NCBI GenBank assembly: GCA_021787535.1
Contig: JAJYLR010000001.1
Coordinates: 556,321-620,320 of the forward strand
Direction: 5' to 3'
Source: a bacterium
GTDB taxonomy: Bacteria; Patescibacteriota; CPR2; UBA1875; JAJYID01
Length of the DNA: 64,000 bases
Made by a program: the position numbers and the translations under genes. Positions within the stretch are counted from its first letter, which is position 1. Each line of letters starts with the position of its first letter. Below the pieces are notes generated by a model. The model had not been told where the DNA came from. It did no database searches and saw only the letters and a program-made list of their open reading frames with translations. Shown in pieces: positions 12,154 to 20,981 of the stretch.

Positions 12154-13440
12154 TTACTTTACGCAATATTCAAATAATTTATCAATTGTCTTTTTTGATA
12201 TAATTCCGTTTTCTATCTGGTGTTCAGTTTCATGATCGGCAAGCTGTTTTTTGACCTCTGCTTTCCTGTCTTCGCCGACTGACGCGAGAATGGTGTCTTT
12301 TTCCGCCTGTATTTCTTTATCTGTCGCTTTTATCTTCTCAAGTTCGGCAATTTTTGACAAGATCAGTCCGTATTTTACCCTTTTTGAAGCATCGCCTTCC
12401 ATTTCATGTTCCAGCTCTTCCCTTGTCTTCTTTGTCATTTCCATATATCTATCCATAGTGATGCCGGATTGGGCCAGATTGGCCTCGGCGTCGTGCCACA
12501 TCTTATGGACTTCCTGATGGATAAGCGCTTTTGGCAGTTCTATTTTGACCATATCCGATATCTTTTTCATTATCTCTTCTTCCAAACGCCTTTTCTCTTC
12601 CATTTCCTTCGCTTCTTCCATGTTTTTCTTAACTCCGGCTTCAAGCTCAATAACGTTTTTGAAAATACCAAACTTTTTGGCAAAATCATCTGTAACTTCC
12701 GGCAGAACCTTCTCGGAGATCGACGCTATTTTTACTTTGAAAGTAACTTTTTCTCCCTGCAATCTTTTCTCATGATAATCTTTCGGGAAAGTCACGTCGA
12801 AAGTTTTCTCTTCGCCTTTTTTCATGCCGACCAGGTTTTCTTCAAAACCGGGTATAAACATGCCGGCGCCAATCGTAATCGGATACTTTTCAGCTTTCGT
12901 TCCTTCAACCGGCACACCGCCTTTCGTCCCTTCAAAGTTAATCTCAGTCCGATCATCTTTTTTAGCCGCTCTTTTGACCTCTTTAAATTCCGCATATCTT
13001 TCACGCAACTCTTGAATAGAATCCTTCATTTCTTTATCCGTTACTTTGGCCGCTACGCGCGAGACTTTGATTTTTTTATAATCCGGCATCGTAAAATCAG
13101 GCAAAATCTCCACTTCCGCTTCAAATGTCAGGCCGCCGGTCGGAGCAAACTTGGTAACTTTAATCTCCGGCCGGCTAACCGTAATCAGGTTTTCTTTTAT
13201 AATGGCATTGTAATAAGCTTCAGGCAGAACAGCATCCATGACTTCCGCATAGAACTTATCCTGTCCCACTTCTTTCTCAACAATAAACTGCGGGGCTTTT
13301 CCCGGCCTGAAACCGGCAATTTTCAAGTTTTTAGCCAGATTCTTATACACTTTTTCAATATGGGGCTTGAGCTCGGTCTCTGGCACATCAACTGTCAGCT
13401 TTACCTTTACTTTCGATAAATCTTCCCTTTTAGTCTGCAT
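12154..13440 (-). CDS. tig: Trigger factor
   Basis: GFRPGKAP ribosome-binding motif; FKBP-like FIPGFEE; upstream of clpP. Confidence 0.97.
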   Translation of the reverse strand: MQTKREDLSKVKVKLTVDVPETELKPHIEKVYKNLAKNLKIAGFRPGKAPQFIVEKEVGQDKFYAEVMDAVLPEAYYNAIIKENLITVSRPEIKVTKFAPTGGLTFEAEVEILPDFTMPDYKKIKVSRVAAKVTDKEMKDSIQELRERYAEFKEVKRAAKKDDRTEINFEGTKGGVPVEGTKAEKYPITIGAGMFIPGFEENLVGMKKGEEKTFDVTFPKDYHEKRLQGEKVTFKVKIASISEKVLPEVTDDFAKKFGIFKNVIELEAGVKKNMEEAKEMEEKRRLEEEIMKKISDMVKIELPKALIHQEVHKMWHDAEANLAQSGITMDRYMEMTKKTREELEHEMEGDASKRVKYGLILSKIAELEKIKATDKEIQAEKDTILASVGEDRKAEVKKQLADHETEHQIENGIISKKTIDKLFEYCVK

Positions 13441-13510
13441 TAATCCCCTTTCTCATCAACAAATTTACAAGTTATAAAATTATATAATAAATAAAAACTT
13501 TGATCAATAG

Positions 13511-13540
13511 AAAAGCGCCCCAAAATTTAAGGGCGCTTTT
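13511..13540. terminator. Intrinsic terminator
   Basis: aaaagcgccc-caaaatttaa-gggcgctttt. Confidence 0.8.
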
Positions 13541-13558
13541 GATGAAACTGAAGATCAT

Positions 13559-13861
13559 TTAACTCTGTGTGAGTACGCCATACTCAGAGGGTGTCAGCAC
13601 AATCTCCCTCCCCGGTACTTCAACTTTGAACCTTTCTCCGTTTTCGGCGACTTTAACAACAACATCATCACCCATTACCACATAGTCACCTTCTTCGGTT
13701 TTTCTTATTGACGGAAAGTTGCGCTTTCTATATCTCTTCTGAGAGATAAAGGTTGCGCTCTCTCTCCCTGAGAGTATGCAACAACCCGGAGGTGCACCGC
13801 TTATAACAACAGCGAAAACTCCTAAACTAGCCGGCTGGTAATCGTTATGATCGTTCATCAT
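13559..13861 (-). CDS. Hypothetical protein
   Basis: ORF with GAGGAGGA RBS upstream and a terminator downstream; no recognised motif. Confidence 0.6.
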   Translation of the reverse strand: MMNDHNDYQPASLGVFAVVISGAPPGCCILSGRESATFISQKRYRKRNFPSIRKTEEGDYVVMGDDVVVKVAENGERFKVEVPGREIVLTPSEYGVLTQS

Positions 13862-13962
13862 TCCTCCTCGGTGCGCCAAACAAGAATTTATAGAAAACTT
13901 GGTGATCGGATTATACGATAAAACCCTTAAGATGTCAATCGATAGTTCTGTTTAATACAAGA

Positions 13963-13991
13963 GGGCTCGGGAACCAAAAGTTCCCGAGCCC
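13963..13991 (-). terminator. Intrinsic terminator after pyrE-like gene
   Basis: gggctcgggaac-caaaa-gttcccgagccc 12-bp stem. Confidence 0.8.
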
Positions 13992-14011
13992 GTTTCATTT
14001 CAACAGGAGAA

Positions 14012-14752
14012 TTATGCCGCTTCGGACATTGCTTTTTCAAGCGCATCCCACTTGTCTTTCGGTTTCCAGACGACATTGCCTGCTTCGATGTCGTCTTTGA
14101 CGTAAGGATCATCCTGACAATAATCCTTCATCTTGATGCGTACCAACTCTGTGACAGGAATGGATAAACCACCTTTGGTCATATAGGAACCATCCACATC
14201 CATAGACCGATTAAGAAGGCAAATAATTCTCCAAACATTACCTCCTCCGGCCTGAATCAGCGGAACCAGCTTCTCAGTTGTCGAGAAGTTATTGCAAACA
14301 TCCTCGACAATGGCATACCTGACGCCCGGTTCCACCGAGTCGCGAGCGAATACCAGATCCGTTTCCTCGCGCGAAGATTCCGTTGCCAGGGCAGTTACTT
14401 TCTTCTCGGCTTTTATGACGGGTACGCCATAGACGAGGCCGAGGATGGCGGCAAATGAATAACCGCCAAGAGGAGCGCCGCAAAAGGCCTGAATTGCACC
14501 GTAAAAGAGGTGGCCGATATCAAGGTCACGAGCATAATGCTCAAGTATCCAAGGATAGTTATCGGCTTTAGCGAAGTTACAGTAAACTTCACCGACTTTC
14601 TGCTTCTTCACTCCGTTCTCGTCTTCGTATGTGCCGGCATAGCCGACAAGCGGACCAATCCTTTTGCCGGACGCATCTTTCGGACACTCATAGTAACCCT
14701 TGATGGCCCGGAGAGTCCTGAGAGAATCACCCGGAACTATTTCTGCCTTCAT
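14012..14752 (-). CDS. pyrE: Orotate phosphoribosyltransferase-like type I PRTase
   Basis: PRPP-binding loop AIVEDVCNNFST; directly downstream of pyrF; start at 14752 with GGAGGAG RBS. Confidence 0.7.
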   Translation of the reverse strand: MKAEIVPGDSLRTLRAIKGYYECPKDASGKRIGPLVGYAGTYEDENGVKKQKVGEVYCNFAKADNYPWILEHYARDLDIGHLFYGAIQAFCGAPLGGYSFAAILGLVYGVPVIKAEKKVTALATESSREETDLVFARDSVEPGVRYAIVEDVCNNFSTTEKLVPLIQAGGGNVWRIICLLNRSMDVDGSYMTKGGLSIPVTELVRIKMKDYCQDDPYVKDDIEAGNVVWKPKDKWDALEKAMSEAA

Positions 14753-14762
14753 TTGACTCCTC

Positions 14763-15635
14763 CTATTCTGGAATTGCGTTTTGTATCTGATCGCGAAGTT
14801 TGCGCGCTTCTTCCGCCGGATCGTCGGCGAAGATGATACCAGAAGACGAATTGATCGCAATAGAACCATATCCTGTCCACGCCGCCTTTACCGTTTCTTC
14901 GACATAACCGCCTTGAGTGCCAACGCCGGGGATTAAGAACCAGAGATCATCACCGACGATTTCACGGCAGCGAGTTAAATGCTTAGAATAGACATTCTCG
15001 GAACCTTTAGGACTCTCATACGCTGCGGCCATGACGAGACCGGCATTTTCAAGGACTCCCAGATCCTTTGCCCAACCGAGCGTTGTCTCGGCAATGAATT
15101 CCCAATAACGCCTGCCGTCTATCAGACCGATATCCTGAACTTCCCGCGCTGCCGGATTGCTAGTGTAGCAAAGTCCGACGATGGCGCGACCCGGATATTT
15201 CTCTTTGTCAACGAGAGCTGACATGCAATCCATTCCCATATAGGGCGAGAAATTCATACCGTCCACGCCGTCGAGGCCAAAGTGGGCTTCGCGATAGCGA
15301 GCTTGGGTCCGCCCGATATCACCGCGCTTGCAGTCAAGAAAGACAGGAATGTCTGGATAGTCTGTCTTGATATAATTAATCACTGCCCTAAGCGCCTTTT
15401 CCCCGCCGGGGATTGCCTCCCAATGAGCGCGCTGCGGTTTGAACATGCAAGCATAGGGAGCCGTTTCACCGATGACTATTTCTATTTCCATTCTTGCAGT
15501 TTCGGCCTCAGTAAAAGAAAGTCCCTTAACTTGCATTTTTTCGGCTAGCGGATCCAATCCCACACAGAGAAGTGACCCTGTCTTTTCCTGACGTTCCTTA
15601 AGCATTTGCCGAAAACCTTTCTGCAACTTCCTCAC
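14763..15635 (-). CDS. pyrF: Orotidine-5'-phosphate decarboxylase
   Basis: LCVGLDP, DCKRGDIG (DxKxxDI), LIPGVGTQGG and NSSSGI motifs. Confidence 0.95.
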   Translation of the reverse strand: MRKLQKGFRQMLKERQEKTGSLLCVGLDPLAEKMQVKGLSFTEAETARMEIEIVIGETAPYACMFKPQRAHWEAIPGGEKALRAVINYIKTDYPDIPVFLDCKRGDIGRTQARYREAHFGLDGVDGMNFSPYMGMDCMSALVDKEKYPGRAIVGLCYTSNPAAREVQDIGLIDGRRYWEFIAETTLGWAKDLGVLENAGLVMAAAYESPKGSENVYSKHLTRCREIVGDDLWFLIPGVGTQGGYVEETVKAAWTGYGSIAINSSSGIIFADDPAEEARKLRDQIQNAIPE

Positions 15636-15816
15636 CTATCCTTTCAGTTGTTTAATGTACAAAAGCAAAAACCAACCCTCCAGTTGGCTATAAACCCTTT
15701 GCCTCGCAGAAATAATCTACATTATTTTTTGGATTTTCGCAAATTTGGTTTGAATAATTCATTAATCAATCTCTTATGTTATACTTATTTTATAAGGTTA
15801 TAGGGAGAAGATTATT

Positions 15817-16704
15817 ATGGTAGAAGAACAAAGTTTCGGTGAACTCAACGGCCATGCGGTCGGCATCATAATGAAAGAACTCGTCTCAAGAGCTATAGCC
15901 GCTATTCAGGAAAGGCGCTTTATTTTCCAGAGTGAAGAAAAAGAATCTGACTATAAATCAGACACAGATTTTGTCACGGACGCAGATTTTCGCGCCCAAG
16001 AGATATATGTTAAATCTCTTATAGAATGTTTCCCGGACTTTGGCATCGTGGCAGAAGAAAAAAACCTAAAGAAAGAACCGGCATCAGGAATAGATGCTTG
16101 GTTTACAATTGACCCTCTGGACGGCACCAAAGCTTTCACCAGAACCGCTTCCAGCGGTATCGGCACCATGGTATCTCTAGTTGTAAACGGCCAAATAGCC
16201 GCCGCTTATATCGGTGATGTCATGACTGGGGAAATCTATGGTTTCCGGCCGGGTTCAGAAAAGACAAATAGGATTTCCAGACCGCATGGCGCTTTTAATC
16301 TTTCAGATAAGTTTGATAAAAAATCTCCTGCCGAAAAATATGCGGTATATCGCGGTTTGCCGTCAAGTTTTTCAAAAACTCTTTCTCCGCTTTTAAAGCC
16401 GGGCGGATTTTTCAAGGATGCGATCGTTGACAACGGCAGTATTGGCATTACCTTCACCCGCCTCTGGAAAGGAGAGGTATCCGGAGTCTTTTTAAAAAAT
16501 TTTGTTGAAACCCCTTGGGATTTGTGTCCCGTTCTTGGCATTTCAGAAAGACTGGGATATCACTTTATAGACATTGGCAAATCCGCTGATACCTTTAAAA
16601 TAGATCCTTTTACACCCAGCAAGGAGAACCAAAAGCCGATCGGTGATGTTGCTGTGATCCGTGAAGATTATATTCCATCTTTGAAAACCGCGCTTTATTC
16701 CTGA
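15817..16704 (+). CDS. Inositol monophosphatase/CysQ family phosphatase
   Basis: VTDAD, AEE, IDPLDGT and PWD motifs. Confidence 0.9.
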   Translation: MVEEQSFGELNGHAVGIIMKELVSRAIAAIQERRFIFQSEEKESDYKSDTDFVTDADFRAQEIYVKSLIECFPDFGIVAEEKNLKKEPASGIDAWFTIDPLDGTKAFTRTASSGIGTMVSLVVNGQIAAAYIGDVMTGEIYGFRPGSEKTNRISRPHGAFNLSDKFDKKSPAEKYAVYRGLPSSFSKTLSPLLKPGGFFKDAIVDNGSIGITFTRLWKGEVSGVFLKNFVETPWDLCPVLGISERLGYHFIDIGKSADTFKIDPFTPSKENQKPIGDVAVIREDYIPSLKTALYS

Positions 16705-16713
16705 TTTAAATAT

Positions 16714-17202
16714 TCACATCAAATATTTCTCTTTGACAAATTTATCAAAGCTGAGATCATAAAATTCTTGTATCGGATAAGAAATAAATTTATTTTCTTG
16801 CGGTAATACAACCTCGCTAATGCCGGATTCCATTAAGATTCTGCTGCAATGTGCGCAGAAAGAATCTTCCGTGGAATAGAGTTTATCTCCTTTGGCATAA
16901 GTCGAGTACAGAGTCGCGCCTTTCGGATCATGGCCTTTCTCGAGAGTATCAACGAGCGCTCTTTCTTCCGCGTGCATGGCAAAGCAAAGTTCGGTTTTCA
17001 CGCCTTTCTCTAGCATATCTAAGAGACAGGTTTCACAGCTATGTTGAAGCGGACCGTTATATCCTTCCCCTATTACTTTCCCGTCTTTTACTAAAACCGC
17101 GCCGATTCTTCTAACCGGACAAATCACTTTGCCTGAGATGCCGGCCGCTTTTTCCAAATATTTTTTAGCGCTTTCGCGCTCTTTGCTCTCTAATATTTCC
17201 AT
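16714..17202 (-). CDS. dCMP deaminase/ComEB-like zinc-dependent deaminase
   Basis: GYNG, HAE and CxxC (CAHC) motifs. Confidence 0.85.
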   Translation of the reverse strand: MEILESKERESAKKYLEKAAGISGKVICPVRRIGAVLVKDGKVIGEGYNGPLQHSCETCLLDMLEKGVKTELCFAMHAEERALVDTLEKGHDPKGATLYSTYAKGDKLYSTEDSFCAHCSRILMESGISEVVLPQENKFISYPIQEFYDLSFDKFVKEKYLM

Positions 17203-17247
17203 AAAAAATAATTCAATAGGGATTTTCGTTATTCAAACACCAAACTT

Positions 17248-17334
17248 TGGTGCCGCGGGGGAGACTCGAACTCCCAATCCGGTTAAGGAACTAGTTCCTA
17301 AGACTAGCGCGTATACCAATTCCGCCACCGCGGC
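17248..17334 (-). tRNA. tRNA-Leu (anticodon UAG)
   Basis: Reverse complement GCCGCGGTGGCGGAATTGGTATACGCG-CTAGT-CTTAGGA-ACTAG, long variable arm, GGGAGTTCGAGTCTCCC, CCGCGGCACCA with encoded CCA. Confidence 0.97.
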
Positions 17335-17423
17335 TAAATGTTGAACTATTCTATCATGTATCCTTACCGAAGTTAAGCATAAAAATCAAGTATTGGTTCC
17401 ATTCAATTACCAAAAAATTATGC

Positions 17424-17454
17424 AAAGAGAAAGGGCGCCTTTATTAAGGCGCCC
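17424..17454 (-). terminator. Intrinsic terminator ending the candidate ncRNA
   Basis: Minus strand GGGCGCCTT-AATA-AAGGCGCCC followed by TTTCTCTTT. Confidence 0.8.
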
Positions 17455-17892
17455 AGTTGCGATCAATAAAACGTGGGGAAATAAGAGATCGCAATATTCA
17501 CACAGTGCACTTATTACTTAAATTAATGAGATGACTTTCCCCAAAATCATCTCTTTCATCATAGCTTTTCCGTTTCTGTCTTTTTATCTAAGATGGTCTT
17601 CCATCAAGTGTGAAGCACTTTGACCCTTCAGAGTTGGAGTTATAGAACTCGAGCTCGGATCTAGTATTTACAACACTCTTTAAAAGGTCTTAGCATCGAC
17701 AACTACGGTACTTGCTACGACGGCTACTGATCTTTTCTTTTGCCCCTAACAATCTACCGTCGGCCGGAGTGCAAGTGATTTTGCCTACTCAAGACCGATT
17801 TCGGTCAAGGGAAACTGGCGCAATTCTCTTACAGCTACTCGAGCCCAATTGGTAAAGGGTATGTGACGACAAAAGTACCCAATCAGTAACAC
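17424..17892 (-). ncRNA. Candidate structured non-coding RNA of about 470 nt, family unassigned
   Basis: Has its own promoter and terminator, no ORF of 60 aa or more, and many helices whose G-U pairs favour the minus strand. Confidence 0.6.
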
Positions 17893-17897
17893 TAAAT

Positions 17898-17926
17898 ATG
17901 ATACACTAACTTCAAAATTTTGTCAA
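17898..17926 (-). promoter_or_regulatory. Sigma70-type promoter
   Basis: Minus strand TTGACA (17926-17921), 17-nt spacer, TATCAT (17903-17898). Confidence 0.75.
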
Positions 17927-17948
17927 CATTTTTCTGGCTCTCTAACCT

Positions 17949-18150
17949 TTAGCGTGGTAAATTCGTGCTTACTTGAGCACAAAAAAGTTGTCCGGACAAG
18001 TTTTAGAGTAAATTAATTTTTTTGCGTCTTGTCATTCTGGCTTGTCCAGAATCAATTTTTAAGATTTAAGGAAAAGGATTCCGGTCTCCTAATCGTCGCC
18101 AGAATGACAATACTCATAAGATTTATTATTGCCAAGATTTACCACGCTAA
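17949..18150. mobile_element. MITE-like element with 14-bp terminal inverted repeats
   Basis: TTAGCGTGGTAAAT (17949-17962) and ATTTACCACGCTAA (18137-18150); non-coding interior contains a REP-like pair. Confidence 0.6.
18029..18110. repeat. Inverted pair of GTCATTC...GAATC repeats
   Basis: ttgtcattctggcttgtccagaatc ... gattccggtctcctaatcgtcgccagaatgacaa. Confidence 0.9.
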
Positions 18151-18448
18151 TCGGCGAAGAGTCCCATTTTTCTGATTTTTTAATTCCCTAAATTAAAAAG
18201 TCCCTTACGAGATCAAAAAACGTTTCGCATTAATTAGTGAAAAATGAAAAACAAACTAGAGTCTTCTTCCTTAGCAACTTACTAGCTTATCAACCATATT
18301 TCTTATTTAAAAGGCGCGGGGTCGCCGCGCCTTTCCGCTCGGATAGCGGCAATCCTGCTTATAAAGATAAGCACATATAAATTACTTATCCACCACCCTT
18401 AGATAAATTTTACAGCCGCCAAAAATCCAAAACAAGTATACAAAAATT

Positions 18449-18474
18449 AGCGGAGACTTACGTAAGTCTCCGCT
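18449..18474 (-). terminator. Perfect 26-bp palindrome, probable terminator
   Basis: agcggagacttacgtaagtctccgct immediately after the stop of 18480-18713. Confidence 0.7.
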
Positions 18475-18479
18475 TTTGT

Positions 18480-18713
18480 TTAGCCATTTTCTGCTTCCTT
18501 GATGATCTCTTCCGGAATGTCCAATTTGTGTTTTTTGCAAAAATCACTTAACGACATTCCCGAATCAGCATCAATCCATATTGCCTCCAAATCAGGACAA
18601 TCATCGATACCCCAGAGGAGTATTTCCAGAACCTTCTCGGCACTTTCTATAGAGATATTCCATTTTTGGCTGGCATACGATGCAAGGGTTGTTTCGTCCA
18701 CCTTCATGCCCAT
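18480..18713 (-). CDS. Hypothetical protein
   Basis: GGGGAAG RBS; follows 18726-19382; protein-like composition. Confidence 0.7.
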   Translation of the reverse strand: MGMKVDETTLASYASQKWNISIESAEKVLEILLWGIDDCPDLEAIWIDADSGMSLSDFCKKHKLDIPEEIIKEAENG

Positions 18714-18725
18714 TTCGCTTCCCCC

Positions 18726-19382
18726 TTACCCAGTATAGGTTTCGTAAATGTGGTAAGCCATGAGAACCTTGTCCATCCATCTTTCCTTGTGAACATCCTT
18801 TACAAGTTCCTCTAGCATCTCCCAGAGCGTTATGTCGGGAAGAGCGCGGAAATCGTCCTCGCCGATTCTGATACCACCCTTGGTATGCCAGTAGTCCGGC
18901 ACCTGGTAGAACTTCTTCTCTCCGAGAAGGCATGTCTGAATGTTGAAGAAAGACCTGCCTTTTGAGAGATTATATCTCTCGATCGGCTCCTTCATCGACT
19001 CTTCTTCATCCGCCTCGTCGAGAATATTGAACATCGGCCAGATAATACTCTCATCCGAAATGCCAACTTTGCAATAACTATTGTTCCTCTCGTCAATGTT
19101 TTCCACGACAATGAAAGGAACCGTCATGTCATTTGGCATCTGATTCCAGACTTCTTTGCATTTTAAGCAAGGCAGACCCGGCAAATCTCTCTCAAACAGA
19201 TCCGGCGAAAACACAAAGTTGTTGACGCAAGGATTATCTTCAATCCCCAGAGCCGCTTTGGCATGCCGCTTGCAACAAAAAAGCATTTTCCCCATTGGCC
19301 AGGCGCTGCCAACCAAATCGACGCCACAATTTCTATAACCGCACTGTCCCATCGAATGCAAAGCTCTAGCTGCTTCGGTCAT
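18726..19382 (-). CDS. Hypothetical protein with Cys-rich, possibly zinc-binding N-terminus
   Basis: CGYRNC...FCCKRH...CLKC; AAAGGA RBS. Confidence 0.7.
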   Translation of the reverse strand: MTEAARALHSMGQCGYRNCGVDLVGSAWPMGKMLFCCKRHAKAALGIEDNPCVNNFVFSPDLFERDLPGLPCLKCKEVWNQMPNDMTVPFIVVENIDERNNSYCKVGISDESIIWPMFNILDEADEEESMKEPIERYNLSKGRSFFNIQTCLLGEKKFYQVPDYWHTKGGIRIGEDDFRALPDITLWEMLEELVKDVHKERWMDKVLMAYHIYETYTG

Positions 19383-19498
19383 CTTAGGTCATCCTTTCGA
19401 AAATAAAGGTACAGTTAGCATAAAAGCTCTCAGATTTTAGCATAAAAATATTTTTTCTACTAGCAAGAAGCGGTTGTCTAGAAAAATCATTAAAAAGA

Positions 19499-19945
19499 CT
19501 AAAAAAGTTCTTTTATTTTCCGCCAATCTAAGGTTTGAATGTAGTCTTCCGGCAATCCGCAATCCTTAGCACCCTCAAGAACAATGCCTTGATACTTTTC
19601 ACCCGGAATATCTTCAACTGGATTGGGACGAATATAAACAATGGCCTTTGTTTTATTGCCTTCATCATCTTTCACTAAAACAATCTGTCTCTCATAAAGC
19701 CGTTCCTTATACCTCTCATATTCGTCAAGATTAGTGAGATCCTTTTTGTGAATGTCAAAAAGCCCTCCCCAAACAATATCTCCTTCAGCCGCGGCAATAT
19801 TACCGCAAGTGTACCAGAAACCGCATCCGCCATCGTAAACGAAGCGATAATTTTCCAGATGGGCCCTTTTCATAAACTTCGCCTCAGGACATCTCTCCCT
19901 CATCTGTTCAAAATTCATATTCGATCCGTAAGCAAAATATTTCAT
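19499..19945 (-). CDS. Gamma-glutamylcyclotransferase family protein
   Basis: YFAYGSNM and LDEYE motifs. Confidence 0.92.
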   Translation of the reverse strand: MKYFAYGSNMNFEQMRERCPEAKFMKRAHLENYRFVYDGGCGFWYTCGNIAAAEGDIVWGGLFDIHKKDLTNLDEYERYKERLYERQIVLVKDDEGNKTKAIVYIRPNPVEDIPGEKYQGIVLEGAKDCGLPEDYIQTLDWRKIKELF

Positions 19946-20631
19946 TTCATTTTCTCAATTCTTCTTTTAATCGGTTCACTTTTTAGCTCTCGGAGCGCGT
20001 CAGCCGCGATCCAGCGCCCTGGCCTCGAGCCAGTCTTTTGAATTTCTTCCGCTGTTTGAATCGCCTTTTCATAAAGATTTCGGTTTCTCATTTTTCCGAT
20101 GTTTCTAAGCGCCCAGTTGGCCGCTTTTTTGACAAAGTTTCGCTCATCCGCCGACTCTCTTTTAATAATTTTTAAAAATTCGATGAATTTCTCATCATCC
20201 GCTTCTTTATCATGCGCCGCAAGACCGGCCATCAGCGAGAAAGCGGCGCGTTTCACAAACTCTTCATCTCGGCCCGCCCACTCGATCGCCTTTTTGTAGG
20301 CAAACGCGGTCTGATCGAAAAGATCGGTTGTAGTAATATCGCACAACCCCCACGAATCAAAGTCGTTGGCCCAAACGTCCATCTGCTCTTCCGTCACCTT
20401 CTCCGGCTCATCGATCAAGGCCGCCAGCTGTTTGGCATCGCGAATTGGCTGCTGCCAAAGTTCAAGTGCCAGTTCATGGCTTTTGCCGATTTCTTTGGCT
20501 AATTTTCGTAAATTCGGCAGTGAAACTCCGATAGATCCCTCGACCGGACAGGCAAAACGCTCATTTCTCGCCAAATACTCAGGATCAGCAAGCTTATTCA
20601 ATCTTCCTATAATCTCTTCAACTTTAGTCAT
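19942..20631 (-). CDS. DNA alkylation repair protein (AlkD-like)
   Basis: GVSLPNLRKLAK, SWGLCD and FVKKAANWALRNIGK motifs. Confidence 0.9.
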   Translation of the reverse strand: MTKVEEIIGRLNKLADPEYLARNERFACPVEGSIGVSLPNLRKLAKEIGKSHELALELWQQPIRDAKQLAALIDEPEKVTEEQMDVWANDFDSWGLCDITTTDLFDQTAFAYKKAIEWAGRDEEFVKRAAFSLMAGLAAHDKEADDEKFIEFLKIIKRESADERNFVKKAANWALRNIGKMRNRNLYEKAIQTAEEIQKTGSRPGRWIAADALRELKSEPIKRRIEKMK

Positions 20632-20981
20632 TTTTTACTCTCTAGGACTTGGATCCTTATCCCAAGCGCACCATATTTTTCCTCTTTTTCCTTCGGATAG
20701 TAGTTCACATAAGTTGATGATATAAAATCTTCCCTGTTCCAGTTTCTAAAATGCCTTTCGCCCAGCAAATCATAAAGTTCGCCAAACGTTTTGCAAGATA
20801 TTAGTTCAACTACCTCAACCAAGAGTTTTTCAGCTAAATCAGGTCTTTTTAAGAACTCAATTTTGTCGCCAATCCTAAGTTTCTGCCTTTTCTCATCATT
20901 AAGCCGCACTTCGACAGTCTTTTCTCCGCTTTTCAGCTCTTCGAAGGGTCGTGCATTTAATCTCATATAATGTGTTTTCAT
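20628..20981 (-). CDS. ASCH domain protein
   Basis: SGEKTVEVRLND (GxKxxExR) motif. Confidence 0.88.
   Translation of the reverse strand: MKTHYMRLNARPFEELKSGEKTVEVRLNDEKRQKLRIGDKIEFLKRPDLAEKLLVEVVELISCKTFGELYDLLGERHFRNWNREDFISSTYVNYYPKEKEEKYGALGIRIQVLESKK

Noticed and set aside
12406-13419. 337-aa plus-strand ORF
   Set aside because: Antisense shadow of tig with non-protein-like composition. The same applies to 54222-54905 and the other short overlapping ORFs in the track.
17493-17504. 12-mer TGTGTGAATATT shared between the 17.5 kb and 59.86 kb RNA candidates
   Set aside because: A single AT-rich 12-mer in non-equivalent positions, so chance is plausible.
17424-17892. RNase P RNA or tmRNA identity for the large RNA candidate
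   Set aside because: TAGATAAA...GACAGAAACGG loosely recalls the RNase P 3' motifs, but there is no upstream GAGGAAAGUCC to form P4. There is also no tRNA-like end or tag frame for tmRNA.
17424-17892. Group I or group II intron
   Set aside because: No recognisable P7 pairing or domain V, and no interrupted gene on either side.
13559-19382. Prophage or integrative island at tRNA-Leu
   Set aside because: No integrase or phage genes, and I found no duplicated tRNA 3' end.
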